Positions 51,152 through 64,000 of a DNA stretch of 64,000 nt are shown one piece after another. The stretch covers positions 248,001-312,000 of the forward strand of contig RDEW01000010.1 in the NCBI GenBank assembly GCA_011109175.1, read 5' to 3'. The notes beneath the pieces are model-generated. The model was not told where the DNA came from. It did no database searches and saw only the letters and a list, made by a program, of their open reading frames with translations. Origin of the DNA: Dicyema japonicum. Taxonomy: Eukaryota > Animalia > Dicyemida. How positions within the stretch are numbered: position 1 is the stretch's first letter; each line of letters starts with the position of its first letter. The position numbers and the translations under genes were made by a program.

Positions 51152-52429
51152 TTTTCATTAATCTTTAATAAATTATCGTTTGGCGTTTAACAATTACGCT
51201 GCGTAGCATTTGCGCTGATACAGTCGATATATGGCGGTGATAATTGTGCTAATATATATAAAGGCAATATGCTGATTTTTATCCCAGAGTAGTTAAAAGT
51301 GTCAAATTATTGCATTTTTATGAAAATATTCTAATTATGACATGGACTAAGCGCACCACAGAAACCTTTTATATTATTGTCTATTTTAACGATATTAATT
51401 AATATTATTTAATTAATAAATGAATTATTTTAGATTTAGATTAATTTATGAGATTATGCATTATTATTCAATATTGTATCAAAAAAACTTAATCTTGTCC
51501 ATTCTCATCAATATAGTCAAGGGTAGATTATTAATGGATATTATTCAAGTACTGAACCTACATTTCTCTGCTTTTCTGCGGTAAACAGGCATTGAATAAT
51601 CGCGTTCACATTAGATTGCGGTAATAATCTGTTTTCTATGTATTATTAGAATATTTAATCGCATTTATTTTTCGGTTGATATAATTCATTATATTTTTGA
51701 AATTCAATTCCGACCAGGAGGAACAAAAATGAGTGAACTCAGAATGGTGCAATAACTCTTTCAAAACATTGGCCTTAGATATTGATGGGGACTCTCAATC
51801 AGCTCTTTGTGTCTGAAATCTCCCACTGTTAAATAATTTAATTTCACTTCATTTGGTGGAGGTTACAAAATACATTTTATGTCTTAAATGACGACTAGGT
51901 CGCAATTTCCCAACCATAGAATCCCATTGACATTCTGAAGATTCTGATTCAAAGTTAGGTAAGACAAAAATCATTAAATTTGCTAAAATCGATGAGTATT
52001 GATAATTTCTCGGCATGTGATACGTAATTGATTGCAGCTAGATTATGAGGCAATTTACCTGACTCGTCGTTTAGAAGAAAAAATCGATCAGTGTCCTTAG
52101 TATCAAGAATTGGTCTATATATTGACTAAAAAAAAGAACATTAAATTATCAACCTCTCAGCAGTCTTATCATCTTCGTTCTGATTGACCTATACAGACCA
52201 TTTTTTTCCTCGTTCCACTAGAGTGGCGTCATCCCATAACTACAAGGACGGGACATTTTTTCTTTTTCCGTTAGTCCTGGGGATACTTTTGCGTGATATT
52301 GGGAAATAAGTCCGCTTCTGAACCACTCGAATTCGGTGGATGCATTAACTAACTGTTAACTTCTTTCTCACCTTTGAAGTCCACGAGATTTACTTATCTC
52401 ATGGTGTATCGAGAATTATTAAATTAATA

Positions 52430-53030
52430 AAAGAAAGAACAAATAAACATATAATAATAATAAAATAATTATTAATTACATTTGAATAACTTTAAATAAT
52501 AATTCAGCGGGCATTGTTTATTCTTGTGTATGGACGAAGGCTCAATTAACAAAGTAAATATGCAAAACTCCATTGGATATGACGATTCTTTGTATCATTA
52601 AACCTTATTTCAGGGGAAAAATTATTTTCACGGGGTTTGAAGGTGGGAATTTGACTACTTTGAACCTACTTAATTTTGGAAATTACAACCCACGTGATCT
52701 TGTTGTGCTTAAGAAGAAATTAGAGGATCTACAATCTCTCCTTTCAACCTTATTACATTTGAAAAGTCTTCACTCCGTTGTTCATGTGTGATTATAGTAG
52801 AATCTTAAGGGAGAGCTGTATTCCATTAAAAATTCATTTTCTACTACTTTCAGTACTTCGAAGAATTGGAAGATATCCTTCACTGTAGTTCTGGTTATGA
52901 TTTAGATCCTACTTGCTGACTTTGATGATATGGTGGCCAAGTATGAGCAAATACTTGCTTACAAAGAGAGTGAGATTTTACTGCTCTCATGACCATATAA
53001 TTTTCTTTAAAATTTTTCTCCTGATCATTT
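52430..53030. repeat. Right arm of ~600-bp inverted repeat
   Basis: Near-identical reverse complement of 46808-47411. Confidence 0.92.
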
Positions 53031-53742
53031 TATTGAATTACACGAGAAGGACTGGTCTTATTTCTAGCGTGCATTGCGTATGGAGATGTTGGGAGCTCAA
53101 GATTTTAAATAAAATAAGTTTCATATGCAAAATATTTTCGTTCCAATTTCGTCCCCATAAACGTTTAAAAATATGGGACCCGATACATTCGCTAAGAGAC
53201 CATAGCCATCCTAAATTCTTATCTGTAATTCCGATTAATCCACACAGTATTTAAAACTAAGAATATGAATAATTTCGTGACCTTTAACACTCAAAATACA
53301 ATAAACATTCCTCGTGTTTTTTATCCTACTATGCGATTTTGCTAATGAAGTTGGAGTGATTCCATACAATGTGTACAAGGCCTGCTGGATAGCTCCTCAC
53401 GTTGCTTGCATGAACAGGTGAGATGGGAAAGGTTTGACTACAATCTTTACGTTTGAGAGGTACAAGGAATCTGCATCGACTTCCAATCTCATACCAACAT
53501 CTCAAGATCGCGGTGAAAGCATTGTAACTCGTGGAGAAGGTTAAAGGTAAATATAATGGATCCCTGAACGGTTCATTTCCTGATGCAATCACTGCCGACA
53601 CAACTTGAGTTATAAGTAAGAAGTGTGTTTATCCACAAGAAACTGGGACGTTTGTCCACTCTCATAATAATTACTACGAATGGATGCAATAATGCCTGCC
53701 AGTTAAGAACAGGGTTATTGGTGTATCAAATGCGGAGAAGTA

Positions 53743-53863
53743 CAGTAAAACCTCTCGAATCCGTCAGAAAAAATTATTTGTTAAAAATGCGGCGGATTCG
53801 AGAAATTCTCATAGGAAATTTTGTATTTTTGAAAAAATGCGGCGGATTCGAGAGGTTTTACTG
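53743..53863. mobile_element. Pogo/Tigger-type MITE
   Basis: TIRs CAGTAAAACCTCTCGAATCCG / CGGATTCGAGAGGTTTTACTG with TA on both sides. Confidence 0.88.
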
Positions 53864-55419
53864 TACATAAGGAAAGCTATGTGAATTACGCAGTACTACA
53901 AGGGATACGGTGATCGCTCTCCTTAGGTGGTGGCGATGTAAACATAATTCATTTTTTATTAAGCTACAGTGTACTAAACTACTGTGAGTAGTGATAAACT
54001 TTCTTCAACTAATTGCTAAGGCGGAATAAACATCTTTCTGGAAGAGATGCTTGGATCTCATGAGATGGACTCCTTGAAATTAAATTTATTGAATTAGAAA
54101 ACCACCTGAAAAAATTCACGTGATTTCGGCCTTCCATCAGTCTTCGCATGCTCGAACTTCCATATAGGACCGAAAACTACTCTACTATAGTTCTGAATAA
54201 GACCTGTCGGAGGAGGATTATTGATAATCGTTAAGTATGCCCTTACATTCAAGGATGTCACCTTAAATGTAAGAATGTCAAGAATTTCATATCGCTGCGA
54301 AGAGGATTTTATTCTAGAACAGGTTTTTTTTCTTGAGCAAATTGTCTTGGACCGGATCTCCCCATATTTACCTAAAGAATCCTTATAACACGGATTTAAG
54401 AAAGACATATCTACAAGTACGCACCTGAAGACCATCATAATATTGCTGAACACAAATTCAATGTCGACGGAAAAGTCCCCAACTTCTATAAGCTTAACTT
54501 CGTGAAGGTGCTCGTCTCAAAATTTTAAGGATCCCTAAACCGGTAACTATCCACGTTGTACATTCAATTCATCGAGCCATCTATAAGTTATAGATGTGCA
54601 GCTTGGGTAACAAAACTTGCCAAAACAACATGGAAAAGATCAACTCTAGGCAGACATGGTATGACTAAAGCAATTTTTCAAATCACAAGACTACCGATGA
54701 GGGCAACCCATTTGAAATCCTTGTAAGGAGGTCGGGCAGCATATTTACCCAAAATGGTAAACCGCCAGAAGAAACGGTGTTATCGAAAATGTGTCCAGAG
54801 AGCAACACCAGGAAAGATGAAATGTTACTTAGAGAATTTTATGGCTTTTTCCTATTAATTAGTGATTTTGACTTATAATAATTTGGTAGCCCAAGGAGAT
54901 TCTTTATCTCCAATTTATTTGTGGTTTACCTTGAAGCTGCACTGAGAGAATTCAGATTTACAGTCAAAGATAATTACTACAGGATAATTTACGCCGATGA
55001 TTTAGATTTTGTAACTGACGATGTCGATGTATTGAACCACATTCCACAGTGTGCTTCCAAAAGTATTCCGAAAATGGTTCTCACTATCAACACAGAAAAA
55101 AACTTTTTTCTTTGCTGAGAAATACTCTGACGAATTATGGAGAAGACAAAAAAACGTCGGGTCGCTCCTGAGACCATCTATTTTGAATCAGGAACTGAAA
55201 CAAACATCGGAAAGTAACTTGTGAACGCAGAAGACCTTGACTACTTAGAGAAAAAAGCAAGAAACAAGGCTACTTGTAAGAAGATATTAACGAAATCGTT
55301 ATGAACTTAATTAACTTTAACTTCTCATGAGTGCTTATAATAAATGTCACGTTCTAATAGAGGTTAGGTTGAGAATGAGAAAAATTAATAATTTCTTATT
55401 TTCATAGGATGTAAACATT

Positions 55420-57350
55420 ATTATTATAAGCACTTATCGCTATGTCATAGACTTGACAAAGCATGTGCAACACGAGTTAGCAAATCACTGGTTAGTTTCA
55501 TCCACTTCCTCCTATTCAAAGCCGCAGTGCGCAACCAATCAAGATCCTCTCCACTTCCAAGATGTCGTCCCATTTCTTTGAGGTCCTCGTCGAGAACGAC
55601 TGCCAGTGTCGTCCTTGGGCGACCACGGAAACGAGGGCTTCCAAAATGAAATAATCCTCCATGGCTATGTTCGCGGGGGCATCTAGGTCCAGTCGCAGAA
55701 TATAGCCGAAAATCCTCCATTGTGTATCCAAAATCTCATTAGAAATTTCTGAGGTCTTTGTTCTCTTATAAAGAAGATCGGATGACATTCTCGTATAACT
55801 TTTTTTGAACATCATATGCTGCAGTTGGTTTCTATGAAACCCATTAAGCCTCTTCAGTTCATTTTTTAAGCAGGCCTAGGTACCAGCGTTATACAGTAGT
55901 ATGAGTTTCACTAGCGAGTTGCATAATCGAGCTTTTGTTATAATGTCAAGGCTTTTTGTGGAACAAATTTTCTTCAGTTTGGAGAAGGCAGTTTGTGCTG
56001 AAGTTTTCCTTCTTGTAATGTCTTTATGGTCTACAAGGAGGGATCTAAGCTTTTTGCACTTGCACCAGTGCTCCTCCGTCCTTGTCTCTTCCTTCTTGAT
56101 TTCAGTTATCTCAGTCTTGTGCGGATTTACTGTTAGGAACCAATCAACTAATCTTCTATGCACTTTTTTCAACAAGCGGGTGAACGATATTTTGTTATAT
56201 GAAATAAAATCAACGTCGTCAGCATACGCAATAATGTTTGTCTTTTCAACCAGTTTCGGTTTCGAATCTCGTAGAGCAACTTCAAGGTATATGACAAAAA
56301 ATATAGGTGATAATGGGTCTCTTTGTGGAGAGCCAACAGTCGTCTCAAAACGGCGAGACAAGGCTCTCCCGACTCTTACAGTGAGCCAAGTATCAGCTAG
56401 GAGGGTGGTGGCCATTCTGACAGTGGAGCGTCTAGGAAACTCCCCAGAACCAGAATTAGCCTCCGTCTGTCGACAGAGTCGAAGGCCCTCGAAATGTCGA
56501 TTCCGAGGATGGTTGTAGACATTTTGAACTTTTGAACGGCCGCAGATCTCCACTTGTGGGACCACAAAACATCGGAAGTAGATCTTCCTTTTCGGAATCC
56601 GCTGTGGTATAGCGACAGAAAAGTATCTAGGCGTCCTTCCATCCTTTGTAATGTTATGTTCGCCAGAATTTTCCGAAGTGAATTCATTAATATGACCGGA
56701 CGGAGGTTCTCCACCTTAGATCTTGGTTTATTCGCCTTCTGTACAGGTATCAAGATACCCTCTCCCAGGGTCAGCGTGTGACCATAATAGTACATTTCAT
56801 TCAGGATCCTAGCGATGCATTCATACAGCTTTTGGGTTCCATATTTGAAGAATTCACCACGAGTCCGTCGGGGCCAGGAGTCCTGTTGTTTTTCAACTTG
56901 GAACTCGCAAGTTCAACTTCATATGGTGTGATTTCCTCGTCCAATTTTCCTCGTTCTAGGTGATAGTGTCGTTCCTTGGATTGAAAAAGTTTTCCAAAGT
57001 GGGCAGCGATAATTTCCGCCACTTCCCTTTGGTCCACAATTGCGTTCCTTTGGCATCTCTTATCATTATCGGTTGATGGGTCTTTTTCCTATCATCTGTT
57101 TTACAGCCTCGTAAATCTAGCGTTGTCCTTGAGAGATTTTATCTTTTTAATCTGGTCCAGTGCTCCATTTCTGTTATCCTGGCGTATAGTTTTTCTTATT
57201 TTTGCTTTGATAGTTTTTCTTTCTAGCCGCAATTTTGATTTTACGTTCGAATCGTCAGTATTTTGATATAGCATCCATGGTCTTCTGTTTATTGGCAAGG
57301 TCCTTCACCGTGTAAATGTCATTGTGCGATGGGATTTTCTCATTTTCTTT
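55420..57350 (-). mobile_element. RTE-like LINE, RT region
   Basis: TPGPDGL, NLRPVILMNSLRK, DISRAFD, GSPQRDPLSP, YADD, WRIFGYILR. Confidence 0.88.
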
Positions 57351-57551
57351 CAATAGATGCAGATTGGCTCCTTTATGTGCTTAAAATCCCAGGATATTCC
57401 GGGAAATTTTCTTATAATAAAAGTAAATTTTCTTTATAATTTAAATTTATATATAAAAATCTAAAATCTAAATTAATGAATGGTAGATTATTTAAAAAAT
57501 TGAAAAATTTTATTAAGTTTTATATTTGTTTATCTCTTTCTCTTCCTATTA

Positions 57552-57788
57552 GTGTGGTGTCATGTGATCCACCTGTCCAGGTGGCGCTCAGTGCCTGGTC
57601 AGCACGAAAAATGATCATTTGCTCTCCCCCACTCCACTGGAGGTTTTTCCACAACTGCAAGTATGGACGTCTTGTACTTTTTATGTTGATTCCGGATGGA
57701 CTCTGTTTCTGTCAAGTGGAAACTGGATACACTTAATTAGTTGTTTACTTTAACTTCTTTCTCGGTTAACAAACAAATAATAAATAAA
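57552..57788 (+). mobile_element. Second short bipartite derivative of the Ingi/Vingi-like LINE
   Basis: Family 5' leader (..CATTTGCTCTC), then within ~110 nt a family-type 3' end (GGATACACTTAA..CTCGGTTAA) and A-rich tail. Confidence 0.62.
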
Positions 57789-57894
57789 TTTCTTACTTAG
57801 CTAATTAATATTTATTTATCAAAAACACAAAAATCAATCAAAAATGATCTCCGTCGACATAATCGATCTTCGTACTCTATCACGATTGTAACAG

Positions 57895-58495
57895 AGTGCT
57901 AAAGTCTGTGGCCAACCAGCATCGTCTTGCATGCTCGTGTCCGCCGCCAACCATGGGAGCGGAGCGTGGCTGGATGCACTCCCGTGTTCCTCCTTGGGGA
58001 CCTTTTTGGACGATGACTGTATTCGGATTGGGATCGCACAACGCCTGGGAGTTAATGTTTGCGTCGAACCAATGTCATTGTAGAGGGATCGTCGATGCCA
58101 AAGGGCTGCATCCGTTTTGTGCAAAAGGAGTGCGGGCAGAGCACTGCTATGAACAACATTGTCATGCGAGCTCTTGAAGCGGCAGGCTTCCCGGCAGTAC
58201 TGGAGCCTGTGGGATTGGACCGCGGAGATGAGAAAAGACCGGGTGGGTTAACTATCTTTCCGTTCACCGAGGAAAAATCGTTCCTATGGGACTGCACTGT
58301 TGTGGATTCTTTCTCGAACTCAATGACTCAGTTCGGCTCAGTCTGCTGAATCGGCAGCCGATCTGCCGAGTAAATCAAGATTAAAAAATATGGCGAAATT
58401 GGAGACCGCTACCGTTTTGTACCGGTAGCAATCGAGACGTCTGGTGCGGCCGGAAGTATTACAGCCTCTTTCTTAAAGGAAATCGGGGGAAAATT
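57895..58495 (+). mobile_element. CRE-like element fragment
   Basis: Close match to the reverse complement of 34365-34970. Confidence 0.85.
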
Positions 58496-58559
58496 GTACC
58501 CACTTTCATATAAAGAGGTACATCCGGACCCACTTTCATATTCTCTTGAGGAGGCTCGA

Positions 58560-59643
58560 ATAGTCTTCCAAACTTTTACAATGGATCTATTTTTGTCAAA
58601 AGATAAGAGAACGTGCTTCCATCTAGATATCTGTGCCTTGAGCTCCCTTTTTTTATTTCATTAATCAAAGACCTCAGCCTGAGCTTGTCCTCAGTAGTTA
58701 ATCGGTCAGACTTTTTTAATTGGTTTCTTTCCTTGATTAATGCAGATCTGCCATATCCTCTAGCGTAGTTAAGGTGGTATTTAGGCACAGATAGTGCCGT
58801 TTACATAAGCTACTGCATCCAGATACTGCAGTGAGCTCTCAATAGGTATAGGAAAAGTTTACAGTCTGCACGTTTGTGGTTGAATTGCTCTGGAAATTTT
58901 TTCCCAGTTTAATTTTCTCTATTGATCTTCAGAAGAATAGCTTTTTAGACACTTATTGAGTTGTAAGTGACTGACCATGCCGATATTGCAGCCAAGTCGG
59001 GAGAACAAAGCGTGATGCTTGGAGAAGTTAGTTGGTCTGACTCCCTGAAGGGGGTTCTCGTATCTTTTGACGAGTAATTCATGACCGTGAAAAGATCTGT
59101 CTGCCGTTCAAGGAAGCCAAAGTGGATAATTTTGGTATAGCGTAGTGCTTCGGGCAAAAACCAGATGGAGGCATGTAGATGTTCCCAAAGGTAATTTTCC
59201 ATTTGTTATAAGTGAAATTGAGTTGATTTCAGTAACATTGTCGTCTTCCAAGATATTCTTCACCACTGAAAGATTTCCATACATTAAAGATCTTTCCGAT
59301 ATAAAATGAGTCTTCTTACGGTTAGTCCTTATTGACTTGTATCAAGTAAACAGCGGGGTAAGACTATTTAATGGGAGTTTCGTCTTTTCTATAAAAGCCA
59401 CATTGATCTTCAGCTCGGCCAAGAGAGAACGGAGTCACAATACTTTGCCGCTTATTCCATTGACGTTTAGCTGTAGAATTGTGGTCTATCTCTTGGGATG
59501 GGCTAAGGGTTCATTGCGGGTAGTCGAAGCTGAAAGTGCGTGCCACCAGGGAAAAAGTATCCTCGAGGTATGTGTTAATGGTTCAATTCGGAGTATCCGT
59601 TACCAATACTTAAAGAATTGGTGAACCAGATAACGCCACGCCA
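58560..59643 (-). mobile_element. 5' part (leader + APE) of an Ingi/Vingi-like LINE
   Basis: Leader variant at 59643-59578, then TILQLNVNGISGK and decayed APE. Confidence 0.7.
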
Positions 59644-59791
59644 AAAATTAAAATTGTTCTGATAGTTTTGATTGTTGCATTTAAATAATAGAAATTAAAA
59701 CTAATAAATTTTAAAATTAAAAGATTGAGTATTTATTTTAATTTTAATTTGATCCTCGTTTTATTCTGATAGCCTATTTGGATAATTTTGA

Positions 59792-60360
59792 ATGTCGGCG
59801 ATATTAAGAAGAATTATGAATCCAACTTATTTTGCTGGGCTCTGCCGAGTTAATTGTTCCAGGCTGACCTATTCACGGTCGTTGTATTCCCATTCTCAGT
59901 CGCTTGTCTATCGAACTGGATTTATAACTATGAGAAGAAACTTTTCTAGTCAAAACAACAGCAATACACTCATACAGCGATTCAAATCTCTTTTTAAACG
60001 ATATGGCAAAATTGTGGGTGGTTCACTTCTCCCTTAGTATTTTCTGGGCCTTTTTTGCCTACCTAATTTATACCAGGTTTTTCGTGAAATTGATTTTAGT
60101 GGATTTGATGTTTTCTCCTTCATTTCAAAGCTGAATCCCCTTCATACATTGAAGAACTAATAAACAAGCCTGGGGTTGGAGTTGGGGCCAATACCTATCT
60201 TATTTACAAGTTGCTCACACCTCTGAGATATTTGGCCACCATTGGGATTACTCGTTCTGTTGTTAAGATCTCCATTAAGGGGAATTATGAAGCCCATTCC
60301 AAAGGAAGAAAGAATAACCAATTTATTAAGGAAAAGGCAAAAAGTAAACTTAAAAGTTAA
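59792..60360 (+). CDS. FAM210-like (DUF1279) mitochondrial protein
   Basis: Arg/Ser-rich presequence-like N-terminus, QRFKSLFKRYG, and downstream YLIYKLLTPLRYLATIGIT; frameshifts as assembled. Confidence 0.72.
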
Positions 60361-60440
60361 TTTTTGTTTTTAATCATTTTAATAAATTTTGAATTAAAAT
60401 ATTTAATTAAGTTAAGTTTCAGTTATCTCTTGTGTTCTCA

Positions 60441-61580
60441 ATGACTGATGATCTACGAAAGCTTTTGGCCGAAAAGAGACAGCATTATGACTCCCTTTGC
60501 CAAGTAGTCACATGTTAATCATTTTAAGGGAACCAAAAAACGTTTCATGAAAAGATCTGAATTAATTACCATGAAAGTTTTGAACCTGAGAAATCCGAGA
60601 TCTTAATCAAGCCACAAGATGTGATTCTTGAAGCAGAAGTGAAGATCATCCCAAAAAACGAAGATGAAAGTCATCCCAAACCCTCAATGCCCCGTAAAGA
60701 TGTTATACGACTCCGCGAATTGAATGCCCCAATTTTGCTGTTTGGTGAGTGTGAATACGATGCCTTTTCTCGTTTGAGGAAACTGGAGATTGCTGAGCCC
60801 GATTTTAACGAAGTAGCCCTTTTCATTACCACAGAGCTACCAAAACGACTTCCGAGAGGCCATGGCGAGGGTTGACGAGGAATATCTCACGGAAAAGATA
60901 GGAACCGACGGAAAGGCCAGCGGACGAGGGAAGCCATCCCAGTCAGGGACCACACATAACATTGACTACTTTTTGGTAATATAAGTAGTATTAATTTGTA
61001 GCGGATGAAGGAATCCTTACCCACGAGAAGGGGAGAACCTTTAGACATAAACCAGTCAAAACTGGTGGCGGATTATTTGCAGGTAGGACTCTGCCATTAC
61101 TACAGTTCATTTTGAGGGGATGGACGGACCAACTCAACCGTCGTTCTGACTTGGAAAAGACGAGCACTGAAGGGAAGAAATTGAGGGCCATTCACAGACA
61201 GACTATTGAGTACCTCAGACCACTGTTCAAGATGTTGACGAACGAGACGCTGAATAAGGACATTTTGGACGGATTAGTGAGTGTGGTGAGGTTCTTGATT
61301 GAGCGGAACTATATAAAGGTTTGCTTAGTGCTTACCGCAGGCAAATGATGTTTACTTGGAGATTGCTATTGGAAACGCTCCATGGCCAATTGGAGTGACC
61401 ATGGTGGGGATTCACGCACGTCCTGGGAGAGAAAAAGTGTCTTCTAAGTATGTTGCCCACGTGCTCAATGATGAGACTCAAAGGAAGTTTCTACAGGCTG
61501 TTAAAAGACTGATTACTCAAAATCAGGAGTTGTTTCCCACTTTTCCTCACCGTAGTGTTAATTATATTAAGAAAACTTGA
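60441..61580 (+). CDS. PRPF18: Pre-mRNA splicing factor 18
   Basis: [59 protein letters not shown]. Five introns of 22-26 nt; two apparent single-base frameshifts. Confidence 0.95.
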
Positions 61581-62199
61581 ATTGTTACTTTAAATCTTTT
61601 ATTTTTTGTGTTTTTGCTTATTTTGTCTAACAAAACCGTTGTCGCTCGCTTCATATTTAGTTGTCAGTAGATTCCTACGCAGTTACCTAGTTGGCCAAAT
61701 GATTTCTCTTCTTCTGGATGCTTCATTCACCTAACTTAGAAGACACTCATGTCTGGTTGGCACCTTCTTTTTATCTACTCCAGTGGATGGGTTCAGATAC
61801 CTGAAAAGGATATGATGCTGGGACTTATTACTCCGACCTGGGAAACTGGATAAAACTTATTTTGGGTATATTCAGGTTATTAAAAAACAGAACGATTTTT
61901 AGATGCTTAATAAATATTACGTGAAAAGCAAGCATATAGAAGAGCTTGGAGAGATTTCTTTTTTATTCGCAGTGTCTCTAATTTGTGATTTCCCATGCAA
62001 AAAAACAGTTATATCCATATCATGACAGAACTTTTCTTATTTTCTTGCTTAAGAATTTAAGACGAGATGTCAGGGTTCATGCAAGAGATATGTCATGCAC
62101 CAAGCCAAGTCCAATTGATAATAATGCGTTAATATTCTTTTGTGTTCATAATAATTATGACAGCTAAATTGATGTTAGTGATCATGTCAACATCGATAT

Positions 62200-62640
62200 A
62201 AAGGAAAAAGTTTGAATCTCTTAAGTTAGAGTTGGTATTGTCTTTTTATCGACTTTTTCGTGGCGGGATTGATGAATTACGTCTTGGGCATGAAAAATAT
62301 CATCTCTGGAAACACTACCGAAGCGGGACGAAACCGAAGAGTTCGCTCGCTTTTGAGGTCACATTATTGATTCTTCTACTGGGTAGATGAGTTCGCTCGC
62401 CTCTAAAGATAACAATATTGATTTTTCCACTGGTGGAAGCAAGGTGATCCTCTTGGACCTCTTTTACTATTGACCACGTTATTCGGAAGATCTCGGCCAA
62501 CTAAATATATTGCACCTAGATGATGGAACGATTGAAGAAGACGTCTCGATATTTGACGATTCGAAATGGTTATTCCCGTTTTTGACATACTCGATGCAAT
62601 TAAAAATACTGAAAACAAATTATAAATGTTAGCTTTTCGC
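62200..62640 (+). mobile_element. Old CRE-like RT fragment
   Basis: KQGDPLGPLL and HLDDG motifs. Confidence 0.5.
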
Positions 62641-62725
62641 CGGACTAGTTCTCAATTGTTCGAAATCGCCTTGAATTCTTGTTTCCTTGTGCGAGGATAG
62701 TCGAAACGTTTGATACAGCTTATTA

Positions 62726-62771
62726 CAGTGAAACTTCTCGATTAAAACAAGCGATTCGAGAGGTTTTACTG
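62726..62771. mobile_element. 46-bp deletion derivative of the pogo-type MITE
   Basis: TA-CAGTGAAACTTCTCGA...TCGAGAGGTTTTACTG-TA. Confidence 0.75.
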
Positions 62772-63244
62772 TATTCTGCAACTAAAATGCCATGAAAATT
62801 ATTTATGACGGTGGTCTATTACTATCTAGAATATTTATTGTTGGTCATACATTACCATGGATTGGATTTTTTTATTATCAATCGCATTTAAAATTAATGA
62901 AATCTTGGAAATTAAGTGTCTGTCCAACATTATTTAGTTGTGCAGCTTGATTTCACACAGTTGCGTATGGGGCAGAAGTCATGACATTTGTAACATTGGA
63001 TCTCGGTCTTCCTATACTACTCGGCATTGACTTTTGTAAAGCCAATTTTTAGCCCTAACGACTTTTTTATGTCTTCAAAACGTCGAGAGTTTTAATTTTC
63101 CAGAAAATTTTCCATTAAGGTAATTTTTTAAGTTCTCATATTTCAACCCAAATGGGGACGTTCACTAAAGCAATCGACGTAGAGGGAAATTTGAATAGAA
63201 GATCCATTAACTTCACTTAATTGAGGCAGACTACCCACTCACTT

Positions 63245-63375
63245 ATTATTATTACCCCCAGGATCACTGGGTCAAAGAGAAAGAAATAAAAGTTCCCATC
63301 TAACTAAGTGATCCCAGACCGACAAAGGAGAGACGAGTCCGGCGGGTCGAGAATCCTGAACAGCTCTTCTCATTG
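63245..63375 (-). mobile_element. 3' end of the Ingi/Vingi-like LINE
   Basis: Minus strand has GGGATCACTTAG, a T-rich UTR and a (TAA)n tail. Confidence 0.55.
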
Positions 63376-64000
63376 AAACATGGTATCGGCTCAAAATTTC
63401 TGTATAATTGTAGAAATTTCGATAGTGTATGGAATAGAGGGCAGCTCGGTAAACTAGCCTCCTTTAAAATTTTCTGTTTTTATTCGATTAAAAAAGTTTT
63501 AATGGGCTGGATTTTGTGTTCTGGTCCAATTATCCTTATTGCAGTCTTCTCGATTGCGGATAGTTTCAATGAGGAGGATCGGATAGTTTCAACCCACTCT
63601 TAATTTTTTAATAGAAAATAACTAAATCAATTCATTTTAGTTAATTGACTATTACCATTTTTTTTACTTTTAATTTAAAAAACGAACTTTAATCATTTTA
63701 GTAATGTCTTTAGCACAATTAACCACATTATAAAATGCACTGAACAGACTAATAGCTTTAATCGCCAAAATAAATTCAGTAGACATATTGGTTTCTAAAA
63801 ACATGGTTATTGTGTAAAATAACTCATGTTATTATGTAAACTATGCTTAACGACAGTGAAGTGCTCGAAAAAGCACTTTGTAAACCTTCACATGTTGTTA
63901 AAGAAACATAAAATTTCCAATGGTAAGGATTTGTGATATGACATAGATCTTTCGACAACATTTAAATGAATCTGAAAATTAAATGAATCTGAAATTGGAA

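Noticed and set aside
53330-53720. Possible FYVE/zinc-finger gene remnant (WIPERFIS*CNHC)
   Set aside because: Too few ligands, multiple stops, no consistent splice model.
55901-56518. 205-aa plus-strand ORF (and similar antisense ORFs such as 31916-32242 and 34717-35103)
   Set aside because: Antisense shadows of retrotransposon RT frames with no independent motifs.
1-64000. Prokaryotic or phage systems (operons, CRISPR-Cas, retrons, DGRs)
   Set aside because: All RTs are eukaryotic non-LTR types and the host genes are spliced eukaryotic genes.

Overview
AT-rich eukaryotic genomic DNA in the standard genetic code, made of a few compact host genes inside a dense field of decayed transposons. 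The host genes are broken by very short GT-AG introns (22-28 nt), so the ORF track fragments them. Manual splicing recovers an SLC7/LAT-type amino-acid transporter, two head-to-head malate-dehydrogenase-family copies inside a ~3.5-kb-arm inverted duplication, DPH4/DNAJC24, a SEC14/GOLD lipid-transfer protein, a Rubicon/DEF8-type RH-domain protein, a CXXC zinc-finger protein, a FAM210-like protein and PRPF18. The animal-type gene set and micro-introns suggest a highly reduced, probably parasitic eukaryote; this is inference and the taxon cannot be fixed from the sequence. Mobile DNA includes RTE-like, CRE-like and R4/NeSL-like non-LTR elements, a MULE with an 8-bp TSD, Tc1 and rve-integrase remnants, pogo-type MITEs and a tRNA-derived SINE family. 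There is also an abundant single-ORF APE-RT LINE family (Ingi/Vingi-like). That family has a covarying, HDV-ribozyme-like structured 5' leader, a 2A 'StopGo' peptide in front of the endonuclease, and short non-autonomous derivatives made only of its two ends. The main leads are this leader+2A+bipartite-element system, the micro-intron architecture, and an MDH-family enzyme lacking the malate-specificity arginine. Single-base frameshifts in essential genes point to indel errors in the assembly, so pseudogene calls are tentative. Coordinates of decayed elements are approximate.
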